From Gemmatimonadota bacterium (lineage in GTDB: Bacteria; Latescibacterota; UBA2968; UBA8231): 64,000 nucleotides of DNA. Made by a program: the position numbers and the translations under genes. The stretch's first letter is position 1. Each line of letters opens with the position of its first letter. The stretch is from positions 1 to 64,000 of the forward strand of contig JAYPJE010000018.1 in assembly GCA_038128265.1 (NCBI GenBank), written 5' to 3'. Shown piece after piece: positions 14,374-23,150 of this stretch. The notes beneath the pieces were generated by a model. That model had not been told where the DNA came from, ran no database searches, and worked only from the letters and a program-made list of their open reading frames with translations.

Positions 14374-17028
14374 ATGCTGAATAGAATGCGACTTTACACG
14401 CTGGCGGCCTGGGCCGTACTGGCCCTGTCTGGCATACCGCTGAGCGCGCAGGACTACGGCACGCGTTTGGGGACCGTCCAGCGCGGCGGCAAGGTCTCGT
14501 TTGAACCCGCCGGGCCAGGCGTGCTCTTTGACGCGCTCGACCCGACGCTGCGGCGCTGGTACGTGCCGCAGGAGCTCTATTCCGAATACCAGTGGAAGCA
14601 GTGGGAGTACGCCAACTACGCGCGCGAAAACTACCAGCGCTACGTTTCGACCTCGTTAGAGGGCAATTTCTTCTACGATCTCTACGGCAACTTCGTCACG
14701 CGCGGCTGGCTGATCTACGACTGGCAAGAGCTCAGCCCCGAACCCTTTGGCAGCTCGCTAACCAAAACCTCACTGTTCGGTCGCTGGTTTAATAATTTGG
14801 TGGTGGCATCCGACCACAAGGGGCAGTACCACTACGCCATCACCGTTGGCAACGAAATACGCACCACGCTGACGCCCATGACTTTTTCCAAACCGCTGTT
14901 TAACGGCATACAGTGGGACTTTGCCACCGACAAGTACGAAGCGACGCTGCTGCTTTCGCGCATTAGCGATCCCAACTCGTTTATGGTTGGCGGCACGGCG
15001 CGGCAGTTGACCGACAATACCAACCTAGCCGGTGGACGCATGACCGTACAGGTAGGCGACTTCGTCCGACTCGGCGGCACCTTTGTCAACGCCCACCACA
15101 GCTATACGCGCGCCGAGGCGTTCAGCGATGACATCTTTAAGGGCAACCTGCTCGGCGTGCAGAACGAAGAGCCCGTTGGCGCTATCTTCGTCCGCATACG
15201 CGACGATTCGCCAGAAGACGGCGAGAGCGGTGGAGCGCTTTTCGCCAGCGATATCGTGATAGAAAACCTGGCGGGCGAGGAAACGCGCGGTTCCGAAATC
15301 GGCTTCCGTGCCTCCATCGAAGGCGGCTTCCAGCGCCGCGGCTTTCTGTCGGCCGATGGCAGCGAAGAGATCGTCCTGACTTTTGACTTTGCCGATCCCA
15401 CCTATACCGGGCCCGATGCGAGCCAGATTCGCCGGGTCGTTCTAGAGCTGGTGCTGGCCAACGACTATGCGGTAGACATGAGCTCCGATCGCCAGACCGC
15501 GATCAACGGCGGCCGCGTATACCTCCCCGTGGCTCGAGCTTCGGGCAATGTGCAGGATGGATCAAACCAGCGCGTGCTCGCCTTTGAATACGGCCTGCCG
15601 ACAGCCAACCAGATCGTCGGCTTTACGATGGAAATGACCGACCTAGAGGGGGTAGAAGCGCACCTCGAATACAATATCAACCACCGCTATCGAAAGTATC
15701 CCAACCCGCGTCTGAATATGCATAGTGCCGCCAGCACGCGCGCCGACGCGTGGACCGCCCAACTGTCCAAGCAAGCATATCCATTCTTTTTTTATGGCGA
15801 AGCGTTTGATGTAGATGACCACTACAGCACTTCTATGGATGTAGTTGATGAAAACGGCGCCCTAGACTACAACCGCGAGATACAGCGCTACGAATTTGTC
15901 GAGGACAACGACGACCAGGACCGGCGGCCGGACTGGAAGCGAAAGGGCTGGAGTTTTGGCGATTTGGAAATTTTTCCCGGCTGGGATGAAAACAACGACT
16001 TTGTCTCTGATTTCAACCAAAACGACAACGAGATTAGCCCGAACCGCGTGCCCGACTACGACGAGCCCTTTCTGCGCTTCCGCACCGACCGACCTGAATT
16101 CCTCTACGGCATCGACATGAATCACAACGGCACGATCGACCGCTTCGAAAACGACGAAGAGGCCGATTTGCCCTATCAACGCAACCGCAGGGGGTTTAAT
16201 ACCTATGCCGGGGCGTACGCACATCCCGACGTGCGCCTGACCTTGGGTTGGACGCGCACGGGTGAAAAGGCGTCGGCAGGGCGCAGCCGCGCACTATACG
16301 CCCTTGCCACGATCGATCACAGTTACCGACGCTTGGGGCGCGTGCAGCTATTCCAAGACCTGCGCAAAGTGCGCGATACGATTGCCGACGACCTGGTGCA
16401 GTGGCTGCAGCCACCCAATTCGCGCGGGGATTTATTCCCGGTGCCCGACGAACTGCCGGCCCGCGATACAATCGTCAATACGACGTGGGTCGGCTGGCAG
16501 ATAGAGCCACTAATCGGGCTGCGCTTCGCCCACAAGCTCAAGTGGCAGCGCTACCAGCAGTTGGCCAACGACCAGCAGTTAGACCTAGCGGGCCTGCGCC
16601 GCACAGCCGCATTTCTCGGCGCGGTCAGCCAGGTCGAATACCAGCTCAGCTTGAACAAACTCAGCCTCGTACCCGGCTGGAAAAGCGAGTATATCGACCG
16701 CGCACCCGTGCTGCGCAGACGGGCGCGCGAGCGCGAGTGGAGCCAGTTCTTTATGCTGCTCATGCGCCTACCTATCATGCGCCGCAGCACGTTAGAAGGA
16801 GGCGTAGAGTACGAGATCTTCTCCCAGCTGCGCAATCCGCGTCCTCCGGGCGCCGAAGACTCGTTTAACGGCCTCGTCGCAGCCATACAGCTCAATAACG
16901 TATCGGAATATCTGGGCTATCGGCTGACCACGCTGGCCGGTCTCCAGGTAACGCGGCGCAACTTTGAAATCGAGGGAACGCAGACCAATACGCGCGGTTT
17001 TATGACCGTTTTTGCCGGAGTCGAATAG
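14374..17028 (+). CDS. Cassette A gene 4: large exported Asp/Asn-rich putative beta-barrel protein (subfamily Y)
   Basis: Signal peptide ending PLSA|Q. Motifs 'EDNDDQDRRPDW', 'GWDENNDFVSDFNQNDN', 'DMNHNGTIDRFEND'. Closely similar to 46510-49227. GAGAGGA RBS-like site upstream. Confidence 0.7.
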   Translation: MLNRMRLYTLAAWAVLALSGIPLSAQDYGTRLGTVQRGGKVSFEPAGPGVLFDALDPTLRRWYVPQELYSEYQWKQWEYANYARENYQRYVSTSLEGNFFYDLYGNFVTRGWLIYDWQELSPEPFGSSLTKTSLFGRWFNNLVVASDHKGQYHYAITVGNEIRTTLTPMTFSKPLFNGIQWDFATDKYEATLLLSRISDPNSFMVGGTARQLTDNTNLAGGRMTVQVGDFVRLGGTFVNAHHSYTRAEAFSDDIFKGNLLGVQNEEPVGAIFVRIRDDSPEDGESGGALFASDIVIENLAGEETRGSEIGFRASIEGGFQRRGFLSADGSEEIVLTFDFADPTYTGPDASQIRRVVLELVLANDYAVDMSSDRQTAINGGRVYLPVARASGNVQDGSNQRVLAFEYGLPTANQIVGFTMEMTDLEGVEAHLEYNINHRYRKYPNPRLNMHSAASTRADAWTAQLSKQAYPFFFYGEAFDVDDHYSTSMDVVDENGALDYNREIQRYEFVEDNDDQDRRPDWKRKGWSFGDLEIFPGWDENNDFVSDFNQNDNEISPNRVPDYDEPFLRFRTDRPEFLYGIDMNHNGTIDRFENDEEADLPYQRNRRGFNTYAGAYAHPDVRLTLGWTRTGEKASAGRSRALYALATIDHSYRRLGRVQLFQDLRKVRDTIADDLVQWLQPPNSRGDLFPVPDELPARDTIVNTTWVGWQIEPLIGLRFAHKLKWQRYQQLANDQQLDLAGLRRTAAFLGAVSQVEYQLSLNKLSLVPGWKSEYIDRAPVLRRRAREREWSQFFMLLMRLPIMRRSTLEGGVEYEIFSQLRNPRPPGAEDSFNGLVAAIQLNNVSEYLGYRLTTLAGLQVTRRNFEIEGTQTNTRGFMTVFAGVE

Positions 17029-17029
17029 C

Positions 17030-18877
17030 GTGATCGCACAACGGTGCATAGGTCGTGCTCTCCCAATATTCGCCGTTCTGCTGCTGCTGGCCGCATGCAG
17101 CGATGAGGGCCGTCGGCTTATTGATACGTCTTCTTCTCAGGACGCAGTAGACCATTCGATCTTTGCCGATGCCGGACTAGAGGGAGCCGTGCGCTCGGCG
17201 CTACAAACGCCCCGCGGTCCGATCGATCAGACTGCGTTAGAGAACCTTGCATCACTAGATGGCAGCAATCGCGGCATTGTCGACCTGCAGGGCATCGAAC
17301 GGCTGCGCGGCCTGCGGCAGCTGCGCCTGGCACACAACGAAATCCGCGACCCAACGCCGCTGAGTGCGCTCGACTCGCTCGCCGTGCTCGACCTGTCGAA
17401 CAACGCACTTTTTAGTGCAGTAGCGCTTGCTCCGCTCGTTCAGCTAACCCACCTAAATCTCGATTTCAATCGCATTTTCTCCGTTGTGCCACTGGCGCAG
17501 CTAGAACGCTTAGAATTACTCAACCTCCACGCCAATCGCGTTTCCGACATTGCCGCGCTGGCCGGACTGCAGCGCCTGAAAAGCGTCGAGCTATCGGGCA
17601 ACCCGCTCAGCGCAGAGGCTATCGCCACCGACTTGCCGGCTCTGGTGCGGCGCGGCGTCCAGGTCCATTTCTACCGCAGCGAGGGCGTCTTATTAATACC
17701 CGACTTGCAGCTAGAAGCGCTGCTGCGACGCGTTACCAACAAGAATCTCGGCAACCTGACCCAAGGCGACCTCAACCGCGTCGTGCGACTGAACATAGAG
17801 GGCAGCGACCGCATCAGCGATTTGCGCGGCATTGAAAACCTAGTCAACCTTACAACGCTGCGCATAAGCGACACGCGCGTTCCCAACGCCTTTCCCATTG
17901 CCGGGCTAAACAGGCTGCGCACGCTTGAAATAAACAATACGCGCATTGAAGACGTGTCTTTTACCGCCGAATTGGTCGAACTGCGCACGCTCGCGCTCAA
18001 CAACACCGGCGTGGAAGACATCGGACCGCTGGCCAACCTAACCCAGCTGCAAACGCTGTCGCTCATCGGCAATAAGATCGACGACCTGCAGCCGCTGGCC
18101 GGACTGACGCGGCTTTTGCGCCTCGAGCTGGCGCGCAACCGGATTCGCTCCGTGCGCCCGCTGAGCGGTCTGGCCCGCCTGAACATTCTCAACGCCGCCG
18201 ACAACTCCATTGACGACCTGTCGCCGCTCAGTGGCCTCACGTCGCTCGACGCACTTGATCTAACGGCCAATTTCGTCGAAGACGTCTCTCCGCTCAGCCC
18301 GCTAGACCGCTCGCTCAACCAGCTGATCTTGGCGGAAAACCGCATCGTCGACATACGGGGTTTAGCGGCGCTAAACCGCATCGTCCAACTCGACCTGTCC
18401 AACAACGCACTCGTCGATATAAGCACGCTGAGCCGCCTGACGCGCCTGCGCGAACTCGACCTGTCTGGCAATCGCATTGAGCGCATTGACGCACTGGCCG
18501 AACTGCCCCTTCGCGTGCTCGACCTAGCCAATAACCAGCTAGTAGACATCGGTGCACTGGCCGATCTAGATCGGCTTACATCCCTCTTTATTTTTAATAA
18601 TTTGGTAAGCGACATAGCGCCGCTGGCCAACCTGCAAGCGCTTGAAATACTCGATCTATCGGTTAATCGCGTGAGCGACCTAACGCCGCTTTCAGGCCTA
18701 GTTAGGCTGCGCCAGTTCAGCGCCATTGCCAACCGCATCGAACAGCTAACGCCGCTGCTCGAATTGGAAGACCTGCAGTTTGTCGCCCTAATCGGCAACC
18801 GCCTAAACGCGCAGTCACTGAGCATAGAAGTGGGGCAGCTGCGCGAACGCGGCGTAGAAGTGGTGCTCGGCGAATGA
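17030..18877 (+). CDS. Cassette A gene 5: internalin-like leucine-rich-repeat lipoprotein
   Basis: GTG start 1 nt after the upstream stop. Lipobox LLAAC. About 22 repeats of 22 aa (LxxLxxLxLxxNxIxDIxPL) in two capped blocks. Confidence 0.9.
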   Translation: MIAQRCIGRALPIFAVLLLLAACSDEGRRLIDTSSSQDAVDHSIFADAGLEGAVRSALQTPRGPIDQTALENLASLDGSNRGIVDLQGIERLRGLRQLRLAHNEIRDPTPLSALDSLAVLDLSNNALFSAVALAPLVQLTHLNLDFNRIFSVVPLAQLERLELLNLHANRVSDIAALAGLQRLKSVELSGNPLSAEAIATDLPALVRRGVQVHFYRSEGVLLIPDLQLEALLRRVTNKNLGNLTQGDLNRVVRLNIEGSDRISDLRGIENLVNLTTLRISDTRVPNAFPIAGLNRLRTLEINNTRIEDVSFTAELVELRTLALNNTGVEDIGPLANLTQLQTLSLIGNKIDDLQPLAGLTRLLRLELARNRIRSVRPLSGLARLNILNAADNSIDDLSPLSGLTSLDALDLTANFVEDVSPLSPLDRSLNQLILAENRIVDIRGLAALNRIVQLDLSNNALVDISTLSRLTRLRELDLSGNRIERIDALAELPLRVLDLANNQLVDIGALADLDRLTSLFIFNNLVSDIAPLANLQALEILDLSVNRVSDLTPLSGLVRLRQFSAIANRIEQLTPLLELEDLQFVALIGNRLNAQSLSIEVGQLRERGVEVVLGE

Positions 18878-20712
18878 GATATATAGCTCTCTACGTTGTC
18901 TGCGTGCTGCTGGCAGCGCACGCCCCAGTGCAGGCGCTCGATACGCTGCGCGTGGGGCGCGGTGCCGATGCCATGCGCTGGTCATCCATCGTTGAATCGG
19001 CCGCTTTTGTCGGGGTATCGGACGACTCGATTTGGACGTGGCCAACCGAACGCGGACAAAACCTCATCGCCGGCCTGCGCGAACGCGGCGGCCTCATCGC
19101 CGCTCAGATACAGGTGCTGACGCCCGGCGGCTATGTCGACGCGCTGTCCGAGCGCGAGCAATTGGCGCACTGGATCGACGGCGACGCGTCTACAGCCTGG
19201 GGACCGGACAGCGATCTGGAGGTAGGGCGGCGCGCCATTATCTACATCGACTTAGGCGCGACCTTCCGCATTGACCGCATCCGCTTCTACCCGCGCCTAG
19301 ACAGCGACAATCGAGGACGGCTGCTCAGCAGCTTTGCGCTGGCCAGCAGCGATGGGCAGGAGGGCTCGCCGCTCAACGCGCCGTACCGCACGCTGCCAGG
19401 CCTGACCTTTTCTTCCTTTAACCCCAACCGCCAGCCCGTTGTCGATGTGCACTTTGAGCGGCGCGACATCCGCTATATCCGGTTAATTTCGCAAACCGGC
19501 GAACCGTGGGAGCTAGCCGAGTTTGAGGTATACGCCGAGGGCACGATGCCGAGCGGCACATTTACTTCGACCCCGCTTTTTATACGCGGCGGCTATCCCA
19601 TCTGGGGCGCGATGTCCTACGAAGGCGGCGATTTGCAAACGCTGCCCATCGTCGTGCAGACGCGCACGGGCCCGGACGACGAGCCCCTGCACTATTTTTT
19701 GCAGCGCGGCGACGAGTTGGAGCGCGTTTCCGCCGAGGAATACGCTGCCTTTAACCCACTCGACTTTTCCGGCGCCGCCGAAGTCAACCAGGGCCCCATT
19801 CAACCCAACCCGGCGTGGAGCCCGTGGCAGACCGTAACGGATGGACTCGTTCCATCGCCGGCGCCGAGGCGCTACATTCAGTTCCGCGTCGAAATGACAG
19901 AGCCGGGCACCGCCATCGAAAACTTTCTGATTGAGTACGTGCAGCAGCCGTTGGCCGATGAGCTAGTGGCCGAAGTCAGTCCGCTCGTCGTCGCGGCAGG
20001 CGCACTGACCGAATTTACTCTATCTCTACAAGTGCAGCTCAACCACGGGCGCGGCGATACGGGCTTTCGCTATCTGCAGGTGCGCACACCGGCCGCCATT
20101 GACCGCGTGCTAGCGGTGCGCGTCGACGACCGAGATGCCGTATTCACGCCACAGTACGATGAGAGAGGATTCACCATCGATATATGGGAGCGCATCGCCC
20201 AGTCGGGCACGTTTGTCCAGATCGACTTTGCGGCGACGGTACTGCGAGATGGAACGACCTTTGAAGTGCGCGCACTAGACGAACGCGCCGAGGATGGACG
20301 CGTCGAATCCGTCTACCAAACGGCGCGAGCAGGCGATGTCGATCCGCTATCGGTGGGGGGCGAATTGAGCGTGCGCTTGCGCGATGAGCGCAGCCCGCTG
20401 ATTAAAAACTTGGCCGCCCGCTCGACGACCATTACACCCAACGGCGACGGCATAAACGATGCGCTAGAGGTTTCGTACGACCTCCTCAAGCTAACCGAAA
20501 ACGCCGCGGTATTCTTCCAAATATTCGATATGAGCGGCGCGCTGGTCGCGCAGGGAAGGAGCCTAGAGCACAGCGGCCGCTTTGTGCGCGTGTGGCGCGG
20601 TGAAGACGGCAGCGGACGGCGCGTGCTGCCGGGCATCTACCTATACCAGGTCGAGGTCGAGGCCGATGTAGGCACGACGAGACGGCTGGGTTCCGTGCGC
20701 GTTACCTACTAA
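18874..20712 (+). CDS. Cassette A gene 6: secreted discoidin-like protein with C-terminal FlgD-Ig/CHU_C-like domain
   Basis: ATGA overlap with the LRR gene. 'WIDGDASTAW..YIDLGATFRIDRIRFYPRLD', 'ITPNGDGIND...PGIYLY', ends in Y. Paralog of 43246-45081 and 40031-41899. Confidence 0.8.
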   Translation: MRYIALYVVCVLLAAHAPVQALDTLRVGRGADAMRWSSIVESAAFVGVSDDSIWTWPTERGQNLIAGLRERGGLIAAQIQVLTPGGYVDALSEREQLAHWIDGDASTAWGPDSDLEVGRRAIIYIDLGATFRIDRIRFYPRLDSDNRGRLLSSFALASSDGQEGSPLNAPYRTLPGLTFSSFNPNRQPVVDVHFERRDIRYIRLISQTGEPWELAEFEVYAEGTMPSGTFTSTPLFIRGGYPIWGAMSYEGGDLQTLPIVVQTRTGPDDEPLHYFLQRGDELERVSAEEYAAFNPLDFSGAAEVNQGPIQPNPAWSPWQTVTDGLVPSPAPRRYIQFRVEMTEPGTAIENFLIEYVQQPLADELVAEVSPLVVAAGALTEFTLSLQVQLNHGRGDTGFRYLQVRTPAAIDRVLAVRVDDRDAVFTPQYDERGFTIDIWERIAQSGTFVQIDFAATVLRDGTTFEVRALDERAEDGRVESVYQTARAGDVDPLSVGGELSVRLRDERSPLIKNLAARSTTITPNGDGINDALEVSYDLLKLTENAAVFFQIFDMSGALVAQGRSLEHSGRFVRVWRGEDGSGRRVLPGIYLYQVEVEADVGTTRRLGSVRVTY

Positions 20713-20813
20713 GCAAATCGAGGGAACAACAACGAAGGCGCGACCGGCACGGTTGTTTGTCGTCGAATGACCTCCTATCTTGTAGGCCTATTTTTCACCA
20801 GCAGGAGCCGCCG

Positions 20814-22292
20814 ATGAGCAAACGCACTGCAGCGCGCGGCTGGGACCGCAACTGGCCTGCCGCCGCCGCTTTCCTAGCGCCAAACTTCCTCGGATTCCTC
20901 TGCTTCACGCTCTTTCCCGTGCTGCTCTCCTTTGCTATGGCCTTTCACCACTGGACGTTGCGCCCCAGTGAAAAAGTGCAGTTTGTAGGCCTGCGCAACT
21001 TTGCCGACGTAGTGGGCGTCCGCGCAATCGACGCACCGCACTACGACGTGCTGGCCCTCTACACGACCTGCATATTGGCGCTGGTAGCCGGTCTAATCGG
21101 TCTGCTCCTGGCCAGCGTGCATGCTTGGCGCGGAGGGCGCGTTGGGGGCATAGCGGTGTGCGTGACGGGCTTAGCGTTGGTCTGCGGCGCCGTTGCAAGC
21201 GGGGCGGCAGGGCACCGCGGTGCGCTGGCTTTTTGGTTTAGCGAGGGCGGGCAGGGCCTGTTTTTCGCCGGTCTGCTGCTCCTACTGTGCGGAGCGGCCG
21301 TCGCTGCACGCGAAGACAGTGCGTGGGATTGGGGAGCCGGCGCTCTACCGGGCGTGGCCATCGCCCTAGCGGTCTTGGGCCTATGGCAGTTAGACGGGGC
21401 CATGTGGTCGGCCTATGAGCCGCGCGATGCGCGCTTTTGGTACTATTTCTACAACACGCTTTTTCTCATGATGGGCCTACCCATCGCCGTAGGAGGCGCG
21501 CTCTCGCTGGCCCTGCTGCTCAACGAGGAACTGCCGCTCGGCCCGTGGCGCCAGCGCCTTCCGGGTGCGCTGGCCTGCCTTGGGCTAGCCCTGTTCTGCG
21601 CCGTGCTGGGCTTTGGCCTCGGTTGGAAAAATATCGGCCTGCTCGCCGCGCTGGTCTGGCTCTTTGCCGGACTGGGCTTTCTATTCAACATCGTCACCTT
21701 TCGCACCATCTTCTACCTGCCGCAGTTCACCTCCGGCGTTGCCGTCTTTATTCTGTGGAAGTCGCTCTACCGGCCCGAGACCGGCCCCATTAACATCGGG
21801 TTAGAAGCCGGCTTTGACGCGCTCGGACTAGCGCTATTAGCACCGTCCTGGCTGGCCGAAATCGCCTGGGCCAAATCGGCTATTTTAGCAATGGGCGTGT
21901 GGATTTTTATCGGCGGGCAAAACATGCTGCTCTACCTAGCCGCCCTCTCCAACGTGCCACAGGAGCTGCTCGAGGCCGCCTCCATCGACGGCGCCAGCCG
22001 CTGGCAGCGCTTTCGCCACGTGACCTGGCCGCAGCTAGCCCCGACAACGTTCTTTATCACCGTCGTCTCCGTAATAGGCGGTCTGCAGGGCGGCTTTGAA
22101 CAGGCGCGCGTAATGACGGGCGGCGGCCCGGCCGGCTCGACGACGGCGCTCAGTTACTACATCTATAACAAGATGTTCCAAGACCTCGACATGGGCTATG
22201 CCGCGGCCATTTCCTGGGTCCTATTCGCCTTTATCTTCCTAGCGACGGCGCTCAACTGGCGCTTTGGGCGCGACCAGGAGGTGGACCTGTGA
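20814..22292 (+). CDS. Carbohydrate ABC transporter permease (MalF/UgpA-like) with extra membrane-spanning insertions
   Basis: 'FLAPN..GF..F..FP', 'FVGLRNF', 'FRTIFYLP', EAA motif 'LLEAASIDGASRWQRFRHVTWP', 'GYAAAISWVLF'. ATG 20814 with AGGAG RBS. Confidence 0.9.
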   Translation: MSKRTAARGWDRNWPAAAAFLAPNFLGFLCFTLFPVLLSFAMAFHHWTLRPSEKVQFVGLRNFADVVGVRAIDAPHYDVLALYTTCILALVAGLIGLLLASVHAWRGGRVGGIAVCVTGLALVCGAVASGAAGHRGALAFWFSEGGQGLFFAGLLLLLCGAAVAAREDSAWDWGAGALPGVAIALAVLGLWQLDGAMWSAYEPRDARFWYYFYNTLFLMMGLPIAVGGALSLALLLNEELPLGPWRQRLPGALACLGLALFCAVLGFGLGWKNIGLLAALVWLFAGLGFLFNIVTFRTIFYLPQFTSGVAVFILWKSLYRPETGPINIGLEAGFDALGLALLAPSWLAEIAWAKSAILAMGVWIFIGGQNMLLYLAALSNVPQELLEAASIDGASRWQRFRHVTWPQLAPTTFFITVVSVIGGLQGGFEQARVMTGGGPAGSTTALSYYIYNKMFQDLDMGYAAAISWVLFAFIFLATALNWRFGRDQEVDL

Positions 22293-23146
22293 GCCGCCTC
22301 GACACCTCGGCGCGCACGCGCTTTATCGCACTCGGCCTAGTCGGCTTCCTGCTCGCCCTGCCCTTTGTGTGGATGACCGGTGCTTCGCTCAAGTCGCGCG
22401 CCGAGATCGAGGCCGGCGGCGTGCATATCGTGCCCGAAGAAGTGCATGCGCAAAACTATCCCGTGCTCTTTGGCCAAGCACCCGAGCCGGTCACCGGACA
22501 AAAGTTAGAGCTCAAATTCGGCCGCTGGTTTTTTAACAGCCTGTTTATTGCCTTTTCCAATACGCTGATCCAGGTGCTAACCTCTGCGCTGGCCGCCTTT
22601 GCCTTTGCCCGGCTCGAGTGGCGCGGACGCGACGGCGTTTTTCTGCTCTACCTGGCTACGATGATGATTCCCGGCCTGACGCTGATGATTCCCAACTTTC
22701 AAATCATGGTCTGGCTCGGCTTTCTCAATAGCTACCACGGCCTCATTATTCCCGCGTCGTTCAGCGCCTTCGGCACGTTCTTGCTCCGCCAGTTTATGCT
22801 CGGCATTCCCCGCGCCCTCGACGAAGCAGCGCACATCGACGGCGCCAGCAAGTGGACGGTCTTCACCGACGTGACGCTGCCGCTGGCCCGGCCCGGCCTG
22901 ATCGCCCTAGCCCTGATTACATTTATCTTTCAGTACCAGCAGTTTTTCTGGCCGCTGATCATGCTCAACGACCAGCAGTACTACCCTCTGCCGGTCGGCT
23001 TATTAGAGCTCGATTCGACCTACGGCCAACAAACCGAACTCATCATGGCAGCGGCCACAATTACCGTGACTCCGCTCATCGTGCTCTTTGTGGTGTTTCA
23101 AAAATTCCTCGTCCGCGGCATACAGCTGGGCGGCGTGAAAGGCTAG
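22289..23146 (+). CDS. Carbohydrate ABC transporter permease (MalG/UgpE-like)
   Basis: 'AFAFARL', 'FLLRQF..IPRALDEAAHIDGA', C-terminal 'FQKFLVRGIQLGGVKG'. Confidence 0.93.
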   Translation: MSRLDTSARTRFIALGLVGFLLALPFVWMTGASLKSRAEIEAGGVHIVPEEVHAQNYPVLFGQAPEPVTGQKLELKFGRWFFNSLFIAFSNTLIQVLTSALAAFAFARLEWRGRDGVFLLYLATMMIPGLTLMIPNFQIMVWLGFLNSYHGLIIPASFSAFGTFLLRQFMLGIPRALDEAAHIDGASKWTVFTDVTLPLARPGLIALALITFIFQYQQFFWPLIMLNDQQYYPLPVGLLELDSTYGQQTELIMAAATITVTPLIVLFVVFQKFLVRGIQLGGVKG

Positions 23147-23150
23147 GCGC

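Noticed and set aside
17671..18921. 416-aa Ser/Arg-rich antisense ORF (similar ones at 41939-43138 and 45085-46119)
   Set aside because: Shadow of the LRR genes: Leu/Asp-rich repetitive codons give stop-free, low-complexity reverse frames.
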